A DNA stretch of 64,000 bases from Plasmodiophora brassicae. Lineage: Eukaryota. Positions 11,429 through 22,956 of this stretch are shown in pieces. Location: the NCBI GenBank assembly GCA_036867785.1, contig CP145424.1:310001-374000 (forward strand). The letters are read 5' to 3'. The notes beneath the pieces are model-generated. The model was given only the letters and a program-made list of their open reading frames with translations. It ran no database searches and had not been told where the DNA came from. The first letter of the stretch is position 1; each line of letters opens with the position of its first letter. Both the position numbers and the translations under genes were made by a program.

Positions 11429-12468
11429 TATTCCCTGGTGAGACGCCGACGATCTCTTGCAGGAAGCTGATCTGCGGCTCCAAGGTAACAGCAGCTGGAG
11501 GATGTTCTTTGGAAACAAGTGACCAAACCCCGTGCGACGGCAACTACGGCAAATTGGAAGTGAACTGGGGTTTACTGAATCGTCTCCGAGCTAAGCGGCC
11601 ATCGTACCGAATCTGGATGGACGTCGTGTTATCGAACGACACTTCGTTCCACTAATAGTGGTAGCGAACAATCGGTCGACTGAACGGCGGCGGTTTTTGC
11701 GGCAGCGCATTTTTTTGCGACCTTTTCAGCAACCAGCGCAGCATCGCAAAGCCCTGGGCCGTCGGCACCGGAATGTTCTGGGGTATCACGCCGCGCAACG
11801 ACGGAATGCTCCAGCACCCGCGGCCGAGGGAACGACGCGAGGCGCGGGGCGATATACGGATTCATTCACCTAAACGATTGAACTAAACACCCGGTACTTA
11901 ACACAAGCAACGTGGTGACGTATCGGAAGTCCCTCCATGGGTGGTTCATTACGTGATTTGACCGCGGCACCTGTGCTGGAACATTCTCTTGCTGCACAGG
12001 ATGGATGTGCTGATTAGCGCTAGATTGTCCGTCCATACCGTCCCGACGCTGTTGTCCACGCAGATCAGTCTGTCCCTCGCGAACGATCTCTGTGGCAGGG
12101 TTTTGTGTGCCATAATTTCCTATGGAGGTTAAACGTCATCATTAGCCGGGGTTGCTGCGCTATGTACCCCATTTGCCGGTAAGTTGGAGTCAATACTGGT
12201 AGATCGGCCTGGCTCTGCAGCCCGCGAGTGACCTGTCGTCGACCAACGCAACTTTAACCGGCCGGAATCCTCCACCCTGCACGTTTCTCATTCAATCGGC
12301 CGTTTGAAATGACTTCCACGTCGGTCACGGTTTGGATGACTGCTGCTGACCTCTTATATTATATAGCGAAGGCACTCGGTTATGATACCTTCGATTTCCC
12401 GAACAGGGAACCGTTGAGTCACGGTCCGTTCATTGCTTCCGGTGTTGCACCTTTTCCAAATTCAAGCC

Positions 12469-13579
12469 ATGCGGGCGACCTTGCGTTGCCCATGCATGCT
12501 GCTCGTAGTCATGTGCACCGCCACACTGGCTGTGTCTCAGCGACAAAGCTGCGAGGGTGCACGCCGTCCGGTCATCGTCATCGGACTCGATGGCCTTGGC
12601 AGTGCGTACCTCAACGAACGCAACATGCAAGCGTGGGCTCCAAACCTGGCCACAGTGTTCTCTGACGCCGCTTGGACTCTCGATGCGCAGGCCTTCGTCC
12701 CCGTTCTCTCCATGTACTAGCGGCATCTTGATGGCATGCATCCATCGATATTCACATGTTGGTACCAGGCCAAACTGGGCGTCCTTACTGCTGGGCACGT
12801 CGCCTGCCGTCACCAACATCATCGACAATGATTTCACAGACTCGACATCCATTCGTCAGCGCTGCACAACGCTCATGGACGCCGTCGAACAGATGCATGG
12901 GTCGTTTGTTTATGCTGTCTGCCCCGTTCTGACGTGTCCTCTTTGAACAGAACCGGGATGACAACATCCATGTTCCTGAATTGGATGCCGCTGCGTAACC
13001 TGATTGGTCGCGCGAATCCTGCAGCGGGTACCGTTGACGAGTCCAGCGCCAGGGACGTGGTCCTGACGTTCCTGAACACAAAGCTCCTGAGTAGCTTCAC
13101 GTTCATCCACTTAGACACTATTGACAGCGCTGGGTATGTACTTGGTTGCTGGACGCCGATCGCTCTGACGAGCCACATCAGGCATAAGTTCGGCTGGGGT
13201 ACCCCTCAGTACTACAACGCCATCACTGAAGCCGACACCCTCATCGGGAACATCATGAAACGCGCCGAGCTCGGCGACGCCATCGTCGTCGTCGTCGCAG
13301 ACCACGGTGGCCTTGGTCGCCAACACGACATCAACGCGCCCGAAGGTACGTAGCGTTTCCTCGCGCGCCGGCAACCCCTCCTCTATGCCTAATACGTCAC
13401 GCAGCCCGCCGCGTCCCGATCGCGTTCTGGAGCAGCCGCCCGCTGGACATCAACAAGCGGCAGATAGCAACGATCCGCAACCTGGCAGACGTGGCGGCCA
13501 CTATTCTGCACGTGATGGGGATCCCGCGCCCCGCGCACTGGACGGGCGCCTCTGCAGCCCCGGACATTTTCGCCTGTGA
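12469..13579 (+). CDS. Secreted alkaline-phosphatase/nucleotide pyrophosphatase superfamily enzyme (multi-exon)
   Basis: Signal peptide followed by VIVIGLDGLG, S|RPNWASLLLG, FIHLDTIDSAG|H and VVVADHGG metal-ligand motifs. Confidence 0.85.
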
Positions 13580-13697
13580 CGTCGGACCCGCCGCCATCGA
13601 AGCCTCGTCGGGTCGCTCCTGCATCCTGCCCAGCCGATCGCACCGCGTTCTGTCGCCCAATTTCTAAACGACCGATCGAACCGGCAGTGTACTACTA

Positions 13698-13991
13698 ATG
13701 TCGCTGCCATCGTCCCAGATCGCGTTCGACGAGGCGGCGAAGCTTAAGGCGGACGCCAGGGATCGCGCAGCCCGGTCGCTTGCCGTTATCGCCCAGACCC
13801 GTCTTGCGCTTCAAGCGGATCGCCAGGCCTACATCGATGCGTGGCGAGCGCAAGACCTGGCGCTTGACGTTGAAGAGGACGCTGTCCGAAGGCGACTTGA
13901 GGCCGAGCTTCGCGAAGCCGACCAGATCGCCAGAAACATCATGCACGTCGACAGAGCGTCGTCTCCTTCCCATGATAAGCTTACGAACTAG
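13698..13991 (+). CDS. Small coiled-coil protein
   Basis: 97-aa A/E/R-rich helical ORF filling the gap between two genes. Confidence 0.5.
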   Translation: MSLPSSQIAFDEAAKLKADARDRAARSLAVIAQTRLALQADRQAYIDAWRAQDLALDVEEDAVRRRLEAELREADQIARNIMHVDRASSPSHDKLTN

Positions 13992-13998
13992 ATGTATA

Positions 13999-15599
13999 TT
14001 AATTCAGCTGCCAGGAATGGAAGAACTCTCGCTCCCAGTAGCCGCCTGACCAGGCGCCGAAGTGCCCGTCGGGGTGGTCAATCCATGTCAGGGCGGTCCG
14101 CCACCCGTCCACCATCGGGTAGCCCGTGTTCCTGTCGGTCACCATGTACAGGTTCGTGTCTGGCGCCACGTCCCGGCCCATAAACCCTCGGAGCCTCCAG
14201 ATGTTGCTCGAGAACGTCGACAGCGGTTGCGATATGAACCGTTCCGCCCCCTGAACAGACGTCAATCAGAAGCGCTCGCCACATCGTCCCCAAGTGCTCA
14301 CTGCGCAGACGATCTGGTCAATCATGATGAACAGGTTCGGATCCAGGTCGGCGAGGTCGTCACTGAAATCGGACAGGAACCGTACTTTAGGGAACACGGC
14401 CCGGAATGCAACCAACTCGGGATCGTTCTTGTCCTGGACGTCGGTCGACACGTAGAGCGTCATGGATGGGTCCAACAGCGGGCGGATGTTCTCGGCAACT
14501 TGGCCCAGGGGCAGAACGATATCGGCGAATTGCAGGCCGAAATCCGTCCTGCGAATATGGACGGCGTTGTACGGCCCGGACGCCCTGTACAGGCGCCAGG
14601 CGACACGGGCGGCCGCGTCGAAGGCGGCCGGCGCGTAATGGAATGCATCACGGACCACGCTGGCAGCGAACCGTTCCCAGTCCAGCGACGGGAAATAGAT
14701 GGCCGCGCACGCCACCCCCAGCATCCGGTACCCTTGCTCGTAGTCGGATCGAAAGTGCAGCGTTCGCCAAGGCTTCAGGGCGCCGTCGTAGTAGATCGGT
14801 GATCGTCCGTGCAGGAATTGCTCCATGGTCGGAACGGAGCGTCCTTGATCGGCGGGGAACACGAACGCCTGCGAGGCCGGGTTGATTTGGGGGCTGAACG
14901 CGCCGGTATGGTTACGAAGGAACGCGTACCGCTCCTGTTCGGTGATCATGTCCGATTTCCCCCGCGTACGTAACAGGTACTCGTCCATGGTAATGACGGG
15001 CATGAACGAACGGAGGGCATCAATGTCGAAGTACGTCTCCAGGTCGCAGATGCCTTGCATCGTGGTCCAATACCCGGGGCTGGGCAACACGAACGTTCGC
15101 CGGGTAACGAGCGCCAAGACGACCTGATGATGATCTTAAGTCCAGTAGCAGATTTAGTCGACATGTGCTCACCATGATCTCCATCATCATTCTCTTGTTG
15201 TTCAGACCGCCTTTATCGGGTTCGAATGTCAGGTACTGTTCCTCGTTAGTTGCGTCAACGAGTTCGTAATCGGGTCCTGATTGCGACCGTTAGCGGCGTG
15301 TGATGCACTCAGCTTCTGCAAACTTAACTCTTTATACGGGGCACGTATTCCCAATAGCGGAATCTGGACCTGACCGTATCGGGCTGCAAATTGGGATCCG
15401 TTTTCCAGTACAGTGGGACAGACGGGTGCGATCGACGCTGAACTGGCATCGGGGGCAAGCGCGGTACGTTCAGAGAGGCCCTCATAATGGCCAGGTAGAC
15501 TACGGCGCAGACCAGGAACCCGACGACGAACACGACATTCTGCAATGGGTACCGGGCTGGCGCTTCCCGAGTCGGACTCGATAACGGTCTCCGCAGCAT
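13999..15599 (-). CDS. GDP-fucose protein O-fucosyltransferase-like glycosyltransferase (multi-exon)
   Basis: N-terminal TM anchor, then DKGGLNNKR, YNAVHIRRTDF, LYVSTD, IDQIVCA and STFSSNI motifs. Confidence 0.85.
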
Positions 15600-15852
15600 C
15601 GACCAGGACGCACCCGTGTGACGCACCGACGCTGGGAGGCCTCGTGGTCCCCATAATACGCCTAGGGACCAGATATGCCGGATCCATGTTGTCTGTCGAC
15701 TGGCATCCCCACACTGCCAGGTAAGTACTATGTCAAGGCGGGGGCGAATAACGGGCACTTATTCTCGGCGAGGGCGTCAGAAATAGAAAACTGCGCGCAG
15801 CACGCAAATTTGGAACGAGCTGCGGTCGGCAGCGGGCCTTCGGATCGCAGTC

Positions 15853-17109
15853 ATGAAGACGATGATCGCATTGGAAGACCTGCTGGCGTCCAGCAGCGGG
15901 CCGCCATCAGCAACGACGATGGGGTTCCTCTTGTCGCATGACACGTTTCGCGCCATGCAGGTGGTTTCGAAACGCGTTCGCGACGCGTTATACGACGCGA
16001 TCGTAGACCTGGACGCCCGTGACCTGCTCGGACAATCCGACCCCAGATTCGTTCTTAGACGAGCGCGACGCCTGAAACGGCTTCAGTTGAATGACATGTT
16101 CCTGGGGAAGCATGAGCTCGAGCTGTGCCTCGAGAGCGTTGTCGACCCCCGTCGACTAGAATCGCTCGACCTCAGCCGGTGTGCAGTGACGACCACGAGG
16201 GCGCTGGCCAGGTTCTCCACACTGAAGTCGTTATCGCTTGCCGGGACATCAGTCTCCGACTGCCAGGACATATCGACCTTGAAGGGCCTTCGGTGTCTAA
16301 ACCTGGCCGGGACCTTTGTCCGTGATGTATCCTGCCTGCCGCCAGCATTGCTCGAGCTGGACCTAACCGGCACCCGCGTATGCAACCTCGAACAGCTGCC
16401 CTGTCGGTCCCTCCAGCGTTTGTCCCTGTTCTACACATGCGTCCTGCGCCTCCCGCACACGGTTCCGTTAACGTCTCTCCTGTCCATCGACCTGCACAGC
16501 ACCGAGATCGATTCCATCGAACCGCTGCGCTCCTGCACCCAACTGGAATCCGTCAACGTGTCTTTCACGCGTGTTCGCGATCTCGATCCGCTTCGACAGT
16601 CGCGCGCCACGCTGCAGGAGGTGCTCCTGATGAGGTCGCGGGTCGCGTCTCTGTCGGCGCTAACAGGGATGGCGCGTCTGCAGACGGTGGACATATCGGA
16701 GACACGCCTGTCTGACTTGTCGGCGTTGGCGTCCTGCCCGTCTCTCACTCGCCTCAACGCGAATTACTCGAATGTGGACAGTGTGGCGCCCCTGCGCGCA
16801 TGCTGCATGCTGGAGGAGGTGCACCTCTCCCACACGAACGTGGCGGATATCGAACCCCTTAGCAGTATCGACAACCTGGAGTACGTAGACCTGCGAGGAA
16901 CCGCCGTCGTCGACTATTCAGCGCTGAGGACCGGCGTCACCGTCCTGTTCTCGTCATCGTTCGCTATCGCCAGCCAGGAACAACCCCGTCCGGTCATGAC
17001 GGCCGCGTGGGGGTTCTTCGGATCCATCGCACGCCAAGTCATCAACAGGGCCGTATCGGCGCTCCAACCGCGATTCTGGACCGATGACCCACCAACAGTA
17101 CTACTCTGA
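15853..17109 (+). CDS. Leucine-rich repeat protein
   Basis: 418-aa single-exon ORF with repeated LxxLxLxxTxV units. Confidence 0.9.
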   Translation: MKTMIALEDLLASSSGPPSATTMGFLLSHDTFRAMQVVSKRVRDALYDAIVDLDARDLLGQSDPRFVLRRARRLKRLQLNDMFLGKHELELCLESVVDPRRLESLDLSRCAVTTTRALARFSTLKSLSLAGTSVSDCQDISTLKGLRCLNLAGTFVRDVSCLPPALLELDLTGTRVCNLEQLPCRSLQRLSLFYTCVLRLPHTVPLTSLLSIDLHSTEIDSIEPLRSCTQLESVNVSFTRVRDLDPLRQSRATLQEVLLMRSRVASLSALTGMARLQTVDISETRLSDLSALASCPSLTRLNANYSNVDSVAPLRACCMLEEVHLSHTNVADIEPLSSIDNLEYVDLRGTAVVDYSALRTGVTVLFSSSFAIASQEQPRPVMTAAWGFFGSIARQVINRAVSALQPRFWTDDPPTVLL

Positions 17110-17283
17110 CAACCAACATAAAGTGACTTAACTATGCAACCACTTCGCGTTCTGTGGCATGTGCAACCTGGACGGCGTCTTTCCGGCTCGTCCCGACGAT
17201 CGAACAAGAAGGGGGGTCCCAGTGGGGAGCATAATGGACTATGGCTGCGGTTCGTGAGGCGACATCATGTTTGAACAGTGCAT

Positions 17284-18414
17284 CTAGTATCGAGTCGGGC
17301 ATCGGAGCTGGGCCTTGGAGACGTTATGGTACGCGTCGCTGGCGTACTTCTTGGGGACCGGGTCGGCAGGCGACCGGCCGTCGTGCAACCTGTACAGGGA
17401 TCGCATGCCGTCGACCAGAAAGCAATGACGAGCGCTGACGGCTCGTTCGAGGTCGGTGACGGCCTGGTCTCTGAGAGGTGCGTCCGCGCCAATGGTGTAC
17501 AAGTGGTGGTGGACGGCCAGGGCGATACAGGATGCGGCCAGGGACGACGGACGCATGTCGAAGTGCATGCGATCGACCAGCGCCAGCTCGAGCAGGTACG
17601 AGGTCATGCTGCGGATTACCGTTTCACCGTCCTGTGAGAGCGACGGGAGACGAGACAGGAAGAAGACGGCGAAATCCCAGGCGGTCACCAGGCTGATGTT
17701 GAAATCCAGTCGGCCTAAAACCGCCATCTACACCAGTACTGTCAGGCGGCGGCTGTCATTCGCGTTGTCAACCCGCCGACCTCCATGTCGTAGACGTCTT
17801 GTCTGGTGTACGTGTTGTGGAGCGCCTCGGTGATGAGCCGGACGCGCACGGCGCTGATTTGATAGTACTTGGAGGCGATGAAGATGGACGTCCCTGCGAG
17901 AAGGGCCCACAGCGCCTTATGGCACCCGCCCAAACGGAAGAACCTGTGGTCAACAGGGGTAAGGCCGGCTGTGATGACAGCGGTTGCTAGCCGCTGACCT
18001 ATCGAAGATGGCGGCGGCCAGGAACAGAGTCTGCTCGGACGCGTCGACGTACGATAGGACTTCGACGATCCACCCGAGCAGGCGCGATCGCATGTCGTAC
18101 GAGAACTGCCTGTAGTCGTCGACGTACGACATCTCGGCGTGGAACTGTGGCAGTGGTCAGACCGGCCCGGTGTCCCGCCCCCCCTCGGCAGGGCACCTTC
18201 TGCTCATTGACGAGCATGTTGCTGAACTCGTCGATCAGGTTCAGCGACGGCGGTCGTGTCGCCAGCGGGGAGATCGGCATGACAGTCGACGCCTGCGATC
18301 GGGGCAATCACTGCAGGACGCAAACGAAAGCAACGGCTGGCGAACCTTGGACGAAGCGGACGGAGTCGATGCAACCGCCGGAGCCAGGCGCTCCGACGGC
18401 CTGGCGCGCGTCAT
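17284..18414 (-). CDS. A/B-type cyclin, divergent (multi-exon)
   Basis: MRSRLLGWIVEV, EQTLFLAAAIFDR, IFIASKY, ME|MAVLGRLDFNI and YLLELAL...PSSLAASC cyclin-box motifs. Confidence 0.88.
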
Positions 18415-18658
18415 CGCCGTCTGGCGCCCGCCGTGGCTGGCTGGCCCGCTGACCTCGGCACGTGCTCAGGCGCCGTTCGTTGCACAAAGGACCGGCCAGT
18501 GACAGAGGCCGGGCATCGGGAAGAAACGCGCACGGGCCGGTTCCTTCCCGGCACAGACGGCGGCGGACGCCCTGTATTGGCACGCCCTTAAAAATTGCAT
18601 TGGGCGGCCTATCGTGGCCGTTTCCGCAGGCGGGTGCCGTAGCAGTGACGACGTGTGT

Positions 18659-19594
18659 TCATTTCTGCTTATCGTCGACCGAGACCCGGCCTGTGTAATT
18701 CTCCATGAAGTTGAGCGCTCCGGATATCGAGTACACCACGTCCTGGAGGAACGTAGGCAACATGCACTGGACGGCGGCGACCAGCGCCAGCCGCCTGGGT
18801 ATGAAGATCTTCGGCGACCGACGGCGAATGCCTCTGACGATGGCCTGGGCGACGTCTTCCGGGGTCTGAACAGGAAAGAGCCACGCGAGGTTCAGGCGGG
18901 CGCCCTCGAATAGGCCCGTGCTCGTCAGGTACGGGTGGACGACCATCGTGTGGACGCAATCAGAGTACCCGTCGCGCGTAAGCTCTGCAACCAATAATCG
19001 GGTCACTGACGAGCGTCGCGAGTCAAACCGGCAACTGACCGAGACGTAGGCAGTCGTTCATGGACAGGACGGCCGACTTCGTCGCACAGTAATCGCTGGC
19101 ATCAGCGCCCGCGCCATACGCGACGATCGACGACATTGTGATAACGAGCCCATGGCGACGCCGTTTCATGTCAGGCAGGAACGCACGCACAACGCTATAC
19201 CAGCTGAGAACGTTGATATCGAAAGAGCGCCTAACGTCCGCGCGCGTCAGATCGTCAACGGATTTCCCATTGAGGACCGCGGCAGTGTGCATCACGACCG
19301 ACACGTGCCGCGGGGCCACGAACTTCTTGATCAACAACACGCATGCCTCCCAGGCATCCGCGTCGGTGACGTCACAGCAGATCGCCTTCGCAATGCCTTG
19401 CTCTTCGTTCCCTGCACAGATGCGTTAGCAGACGCCCGCCCGGCATAGGACACGTCGCACGCACGGATCCGCTCGATGCTGCCGGCGTCACAGTCGACGA
19501 CGACAACCGCGTCGCCGCGGGCGCCCATAACCCTCGCCGTCGCCAGGCCGATCCCGCGTCCGCCGCCGACGACCACGACGACGTCCGCACCCAT
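18659..19594 (-). CDS. Short-chain dehydrogenase/reductase (retinol dehydrogenase-like, multi-exon)
   Basis: GGGRGIG Rossmann motif, YCATK catalytic motif and HPYLTSTGLF. Confidence 0.9.
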
Positions 19595-19889
19595 CGCCAC
19601 AGCAACCAAAATGACGCCCGCCCTGTCCCGGCATGCAGCTCTGAGTCTGCGGGCTGCAGCCTGCCTACCGACGGACAAAAAACGGCTGGAGACCCCTCCG
19701 GCTGTAGAGCGCGGGCCAGCGGGGCTCTATATTTAGCGTCTCGCGCCCGACCTCAAGTTGCTGCTGACCTGGAGAAAAGGGGGCGGAACGGATTGAGCTC
19801 AACGGTAATGACATGGCATGGCCGGCGCCGAGGATGGGATGGGATGAAGGTCATTGGGACAGTTGGCTCGACAGTCTGAACTACATGGC

Positions 19890-20005
19890 AAATGTTGCGG
19901 CCACGACGCCGCCTGATTCGGCGCTGACAGTTGGATGGGTTCAACTTCAATCTCGCATGGCATTCTCTGCTCCGGATGACCCTGGGGCGCATGTCGGCGT
20001 GCAGC
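19890..20005 (+). pseudogene. Degenerate direct copy of the 5' end of the XPG/FEN1-like gene
   Basis: gcgctgac..ggatgggttcaac..cgcatggc..ctgctccggatga.cctgg.gcgcatgtcggcgtgcag matches about 29880-29980. Confidence 0.75.
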
Positions 20006-20790
20006 GGTGCAAGCGCGTCGACACTCAAGGACGACGACGACGGCGGCGTCGTTGGATGCCAGGCCTTCGCCACTATGCCGACGTGACGTTCGTCGGCAGG
20101 CCCGCACCGACGACAACGCTGTCGACACCGGCGCCACAGAAAGGCGTTCCACCGCTTGCCCAGGCGCGCCGCTTCTTGCCGAGGAGGTCGCTAGGCGCAA
20201 AGCGCAGGTGGCATCGAAGACAATGGACGCCGAGGAACGACCGGTGCCAGGGAGTGCTGCCTGCCCAGAACGGGCAGGGAGCACCTGCGGCCACGCCCAC
20301 CTGCGTCGCCTGCGATTGACCGCCCGTTCAACGTGCAATGCATCAACTGTCGCTTCCACAGCCATTAAAACGCTCAACCCTGGTCGACGTGACGGCGTGT
20401 GCTCGCTGCTGGGGAGAGAGCCTTGCTGTGCGCCCACGCGCGTTCACGTTCGACATGCCGGCCGGCATGCCGTTCGGGCCCTGTCCTGCATGTTCTAGCG
20501 CTCTCCTGGCCCGATAGACGGCCAGGCGCGCTCGACGACCGGGCACCCGTACGTGGCATTGTGCTGTGCAGTGACAAGGGTAAGCGACGAGGGGCGCACT
20601 GGCCCGATGCTCGATCCAACATCGACTGCGGCGTCCTCCACATCGACCACGACGCACGTTCCTCGACCTGGCGGTCCCATTCGTGGCCCAACGTACTGTA
20701 ATGCTGATGATGCTCTCCGTTGGCTCGATCACGCGAACGGCGATCCGCTGACTACCCACAGCGATCCTGTGCACACGCGTCACTCTGGTA
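20005..20790 (+). pseudogene. Inverted, frameshifted duplicate of about 1040-1900 (3' part of the 1442-2708 gene and its flank)
   Basis: PLLAEEVARRKAQVASK vs PLLAEEAARRKAQMASK, TCVACD* (stop), and extensive reverse-complement identity with 1040-1900. Confidence 0.85.
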
Positions 20791-21398
20791 TTGGTGGCGA
20801 TCTGGGACGTTGCAAGGTTCGTTGACCGCCGATCGATACCCGATGCGGTCGCGCAGCACAGTCGCCGCCGTTGTCATCGCGCTGCTTGCCGTCAGCAACC
20901 CGACCGGGGCGACATGAACGCCCGTATTCCAGACGTTCGTCGTCGTCGGCCTCGGTCTCACCGACGTCAGTAGCTCGCCAGGCCGCCTCGCCGACGTCGT
21001 TCGTCGTTTAGCGTCGTACCAACACTGACCAGCACCTCGACGCAGCCGACATGCGCGAAGACGCCCGTTCCCACAATTGTCAGCCCATCTCCCACATGAC
21101 CAGCCCTCACTCGGCCAAGGACCTAGTTAATATGGCCTCCATGTCGACCTGGAGGTCCCATTCATAGCCTTGTTTCTGATGCTGTGGTTAGGTCCTCGGC
21201 CGACGTGGCCCCGGGCGTGGGCGTTGGGCGGTGGGCTGATTAACGCGGCAATGGGAGCTGGCAATGGACAGCAGGCAGGCGTCGTCGGTCTCATTCATTA
21301 CCACTACAACGCGTCACATCGTGTAGCAGCCGCTGTACCAATTTGCCGTCATCAATACAGGAACATGGCCCTGGCGCGTGCGTAACCAGTCAACCAGC

Positions 21399-21482
21399 CC
21401 GTGGAACTGCAGAACCAGTCCGCGGAGCTGCAGAACCAGTCCGCGGAGCTGCAGAAACAGTCCGTGGAGCTGCAGAGACAGT
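21399..21482 (+). repeat. 21-bp minisatellite, 4 copies
   Basis: Four units of ccgyggarctgcagarmcagt. Confidence 0.9.
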
Positions 21483-21549
21483 CCGATGGACTCGGAATAT
21501 TGCGCCGCGGATCACTTCTGATCTGGAGATGACGTCCGCGCGTCTGGAA

Positions 21550-22019
21550 ATGACATTGTGGACGAAAACACTTGCTGTCGTCCTGGTTGCATGCCAGCTG
21601 ACGTCAGTGACACCCCAGACATCGCAGGCAGTCCCCCATCTCGATGGTGGTGCTGAATGCTCGTTAGCTCCGACAGCAGTTGACGCCATCTGGACCCAGT
21701 CTGGCGTACCTCCCCTAGACGCCAACCCGGACCTATTGCACCGTCAGTGAAGTTGCACGTGTTCATTGTTTAAATTGTCTTCTATCTGACCTCATGTGGC
21801 CGTCCATATAGACCTCGGTGATCGTACTTTACTACACGGCTATTCAGCCTCCGATGGCGACGTCATCGACGGAAGCGCTCAGTATCAGGCGTCGTTAGCA
21901 CAGGTATCAGATTGGTGGTCACTTCTCGATGACGTGGAGTTTCCTGCCGGCAACGACCACGTCTGGCGCCCAGAATCAACTTTGCACAATCCAATTCAAG
22001 CAGACCCGCGACTTGAAAC
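21550..22019 (+). pseudogene. 5' part of a secreted zinc-cluster gene interrupted by an LTR retrotransposon
   Basis: Signal-like MTLWTKTLAVVLVACQLTS and intron 21743-21811. Exon 2 is open up to the LTR and rejoins 28060 in frame once the element and one AAAC are removed. Confidence 0.85.
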
Positions 22020-22233
22020 TGTAGTCCCGTGTCTGCAGACTCTTGACGGCACGTAATGACACAGAAACAGAATGACGTTTATCGATCGCATCGTCACGAC
22101 GACGTCAGCCTCGCCACGTCATCGTGCTAAATCGGGGCACGCAGTTTGTCTAAATATAGTCCAGGACCGTCAGGTCAGGTGGCAGCACGTTGATGTAGGG
22201 AACGAGACGCTATAAATAGAGCCCCGCTCTACA
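22020..22233 (-). repeat. 3' LTR
   Basis: Identical by eye to 27842-28055. Confidence 0.97.
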
Positions 22234-22956
22234 CTGCCTTTCTCCAAACTCGTGACCGGAATCATCGTGAGCACGTAGTACGTAGATGGTGAAGTTGACA
22301 GAAGGTAGTGTGAGACTCGGAATCACCCAATACTCACTAAAAACCACCTTGTAACCCCAAGGGAAAAATCGGTGGAAAATCCATTTACGGACACCCTTGC
22401 CACCAAACACCATCGGTGCAACGAAGACATCAGCGATGGTGCGCTCGACCCACATAGGTGGAGCCCGGTCCATATACATCTGAAAAGTATCATTCACCTA
22501 ACTCAGCGGCCGACCCACATAGGTGGACCCCCAGCGCAACAGAGTCTCGATAGCCAGTACGCCCTGACCAGAGTCAACTGCGGTGAAGAGGAACTTAACA
22601 GACGCTGCCGACTGCCTCGTGATCGTAACGTATCCATGAGGTCACCGTCATGACCCATCGAGGAACGTATTGGCCTCTCATAGGAGTGCCATAAACCATA
22701 GTCGCATGACGTCCATGACAACCAGGTTAACTGATCCCATGACGTCCATGAAAATCAGTGAAGCGGGTCCCAACGTTTTGAGTACCCGGTCCTCAGCTAT
22801 AGAAGACCATGATCCAGATCATCTTCGTAACGTTCACCATGAACCGATACGGTGGCGTCGTCCGTGATTAGGTCCCGACGCAACGTAGGAAGCGTATACG
22901 ATTGTTGATTCCTACGAACCCAACAACCGTAAATCATGGATACCTTGCACCCATAC

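Noticed and set aside
20853-21030. Signal-peptide-like MRSRSTVAAVVIALLAV start
   Set aside because: Stop after 21 codons and no recognisable family; at best debris.
21399-21482. CRISPR-like array
   Set aside because: Contiguous tandem units without spacers, in a eukaryotic context with no cas genes.
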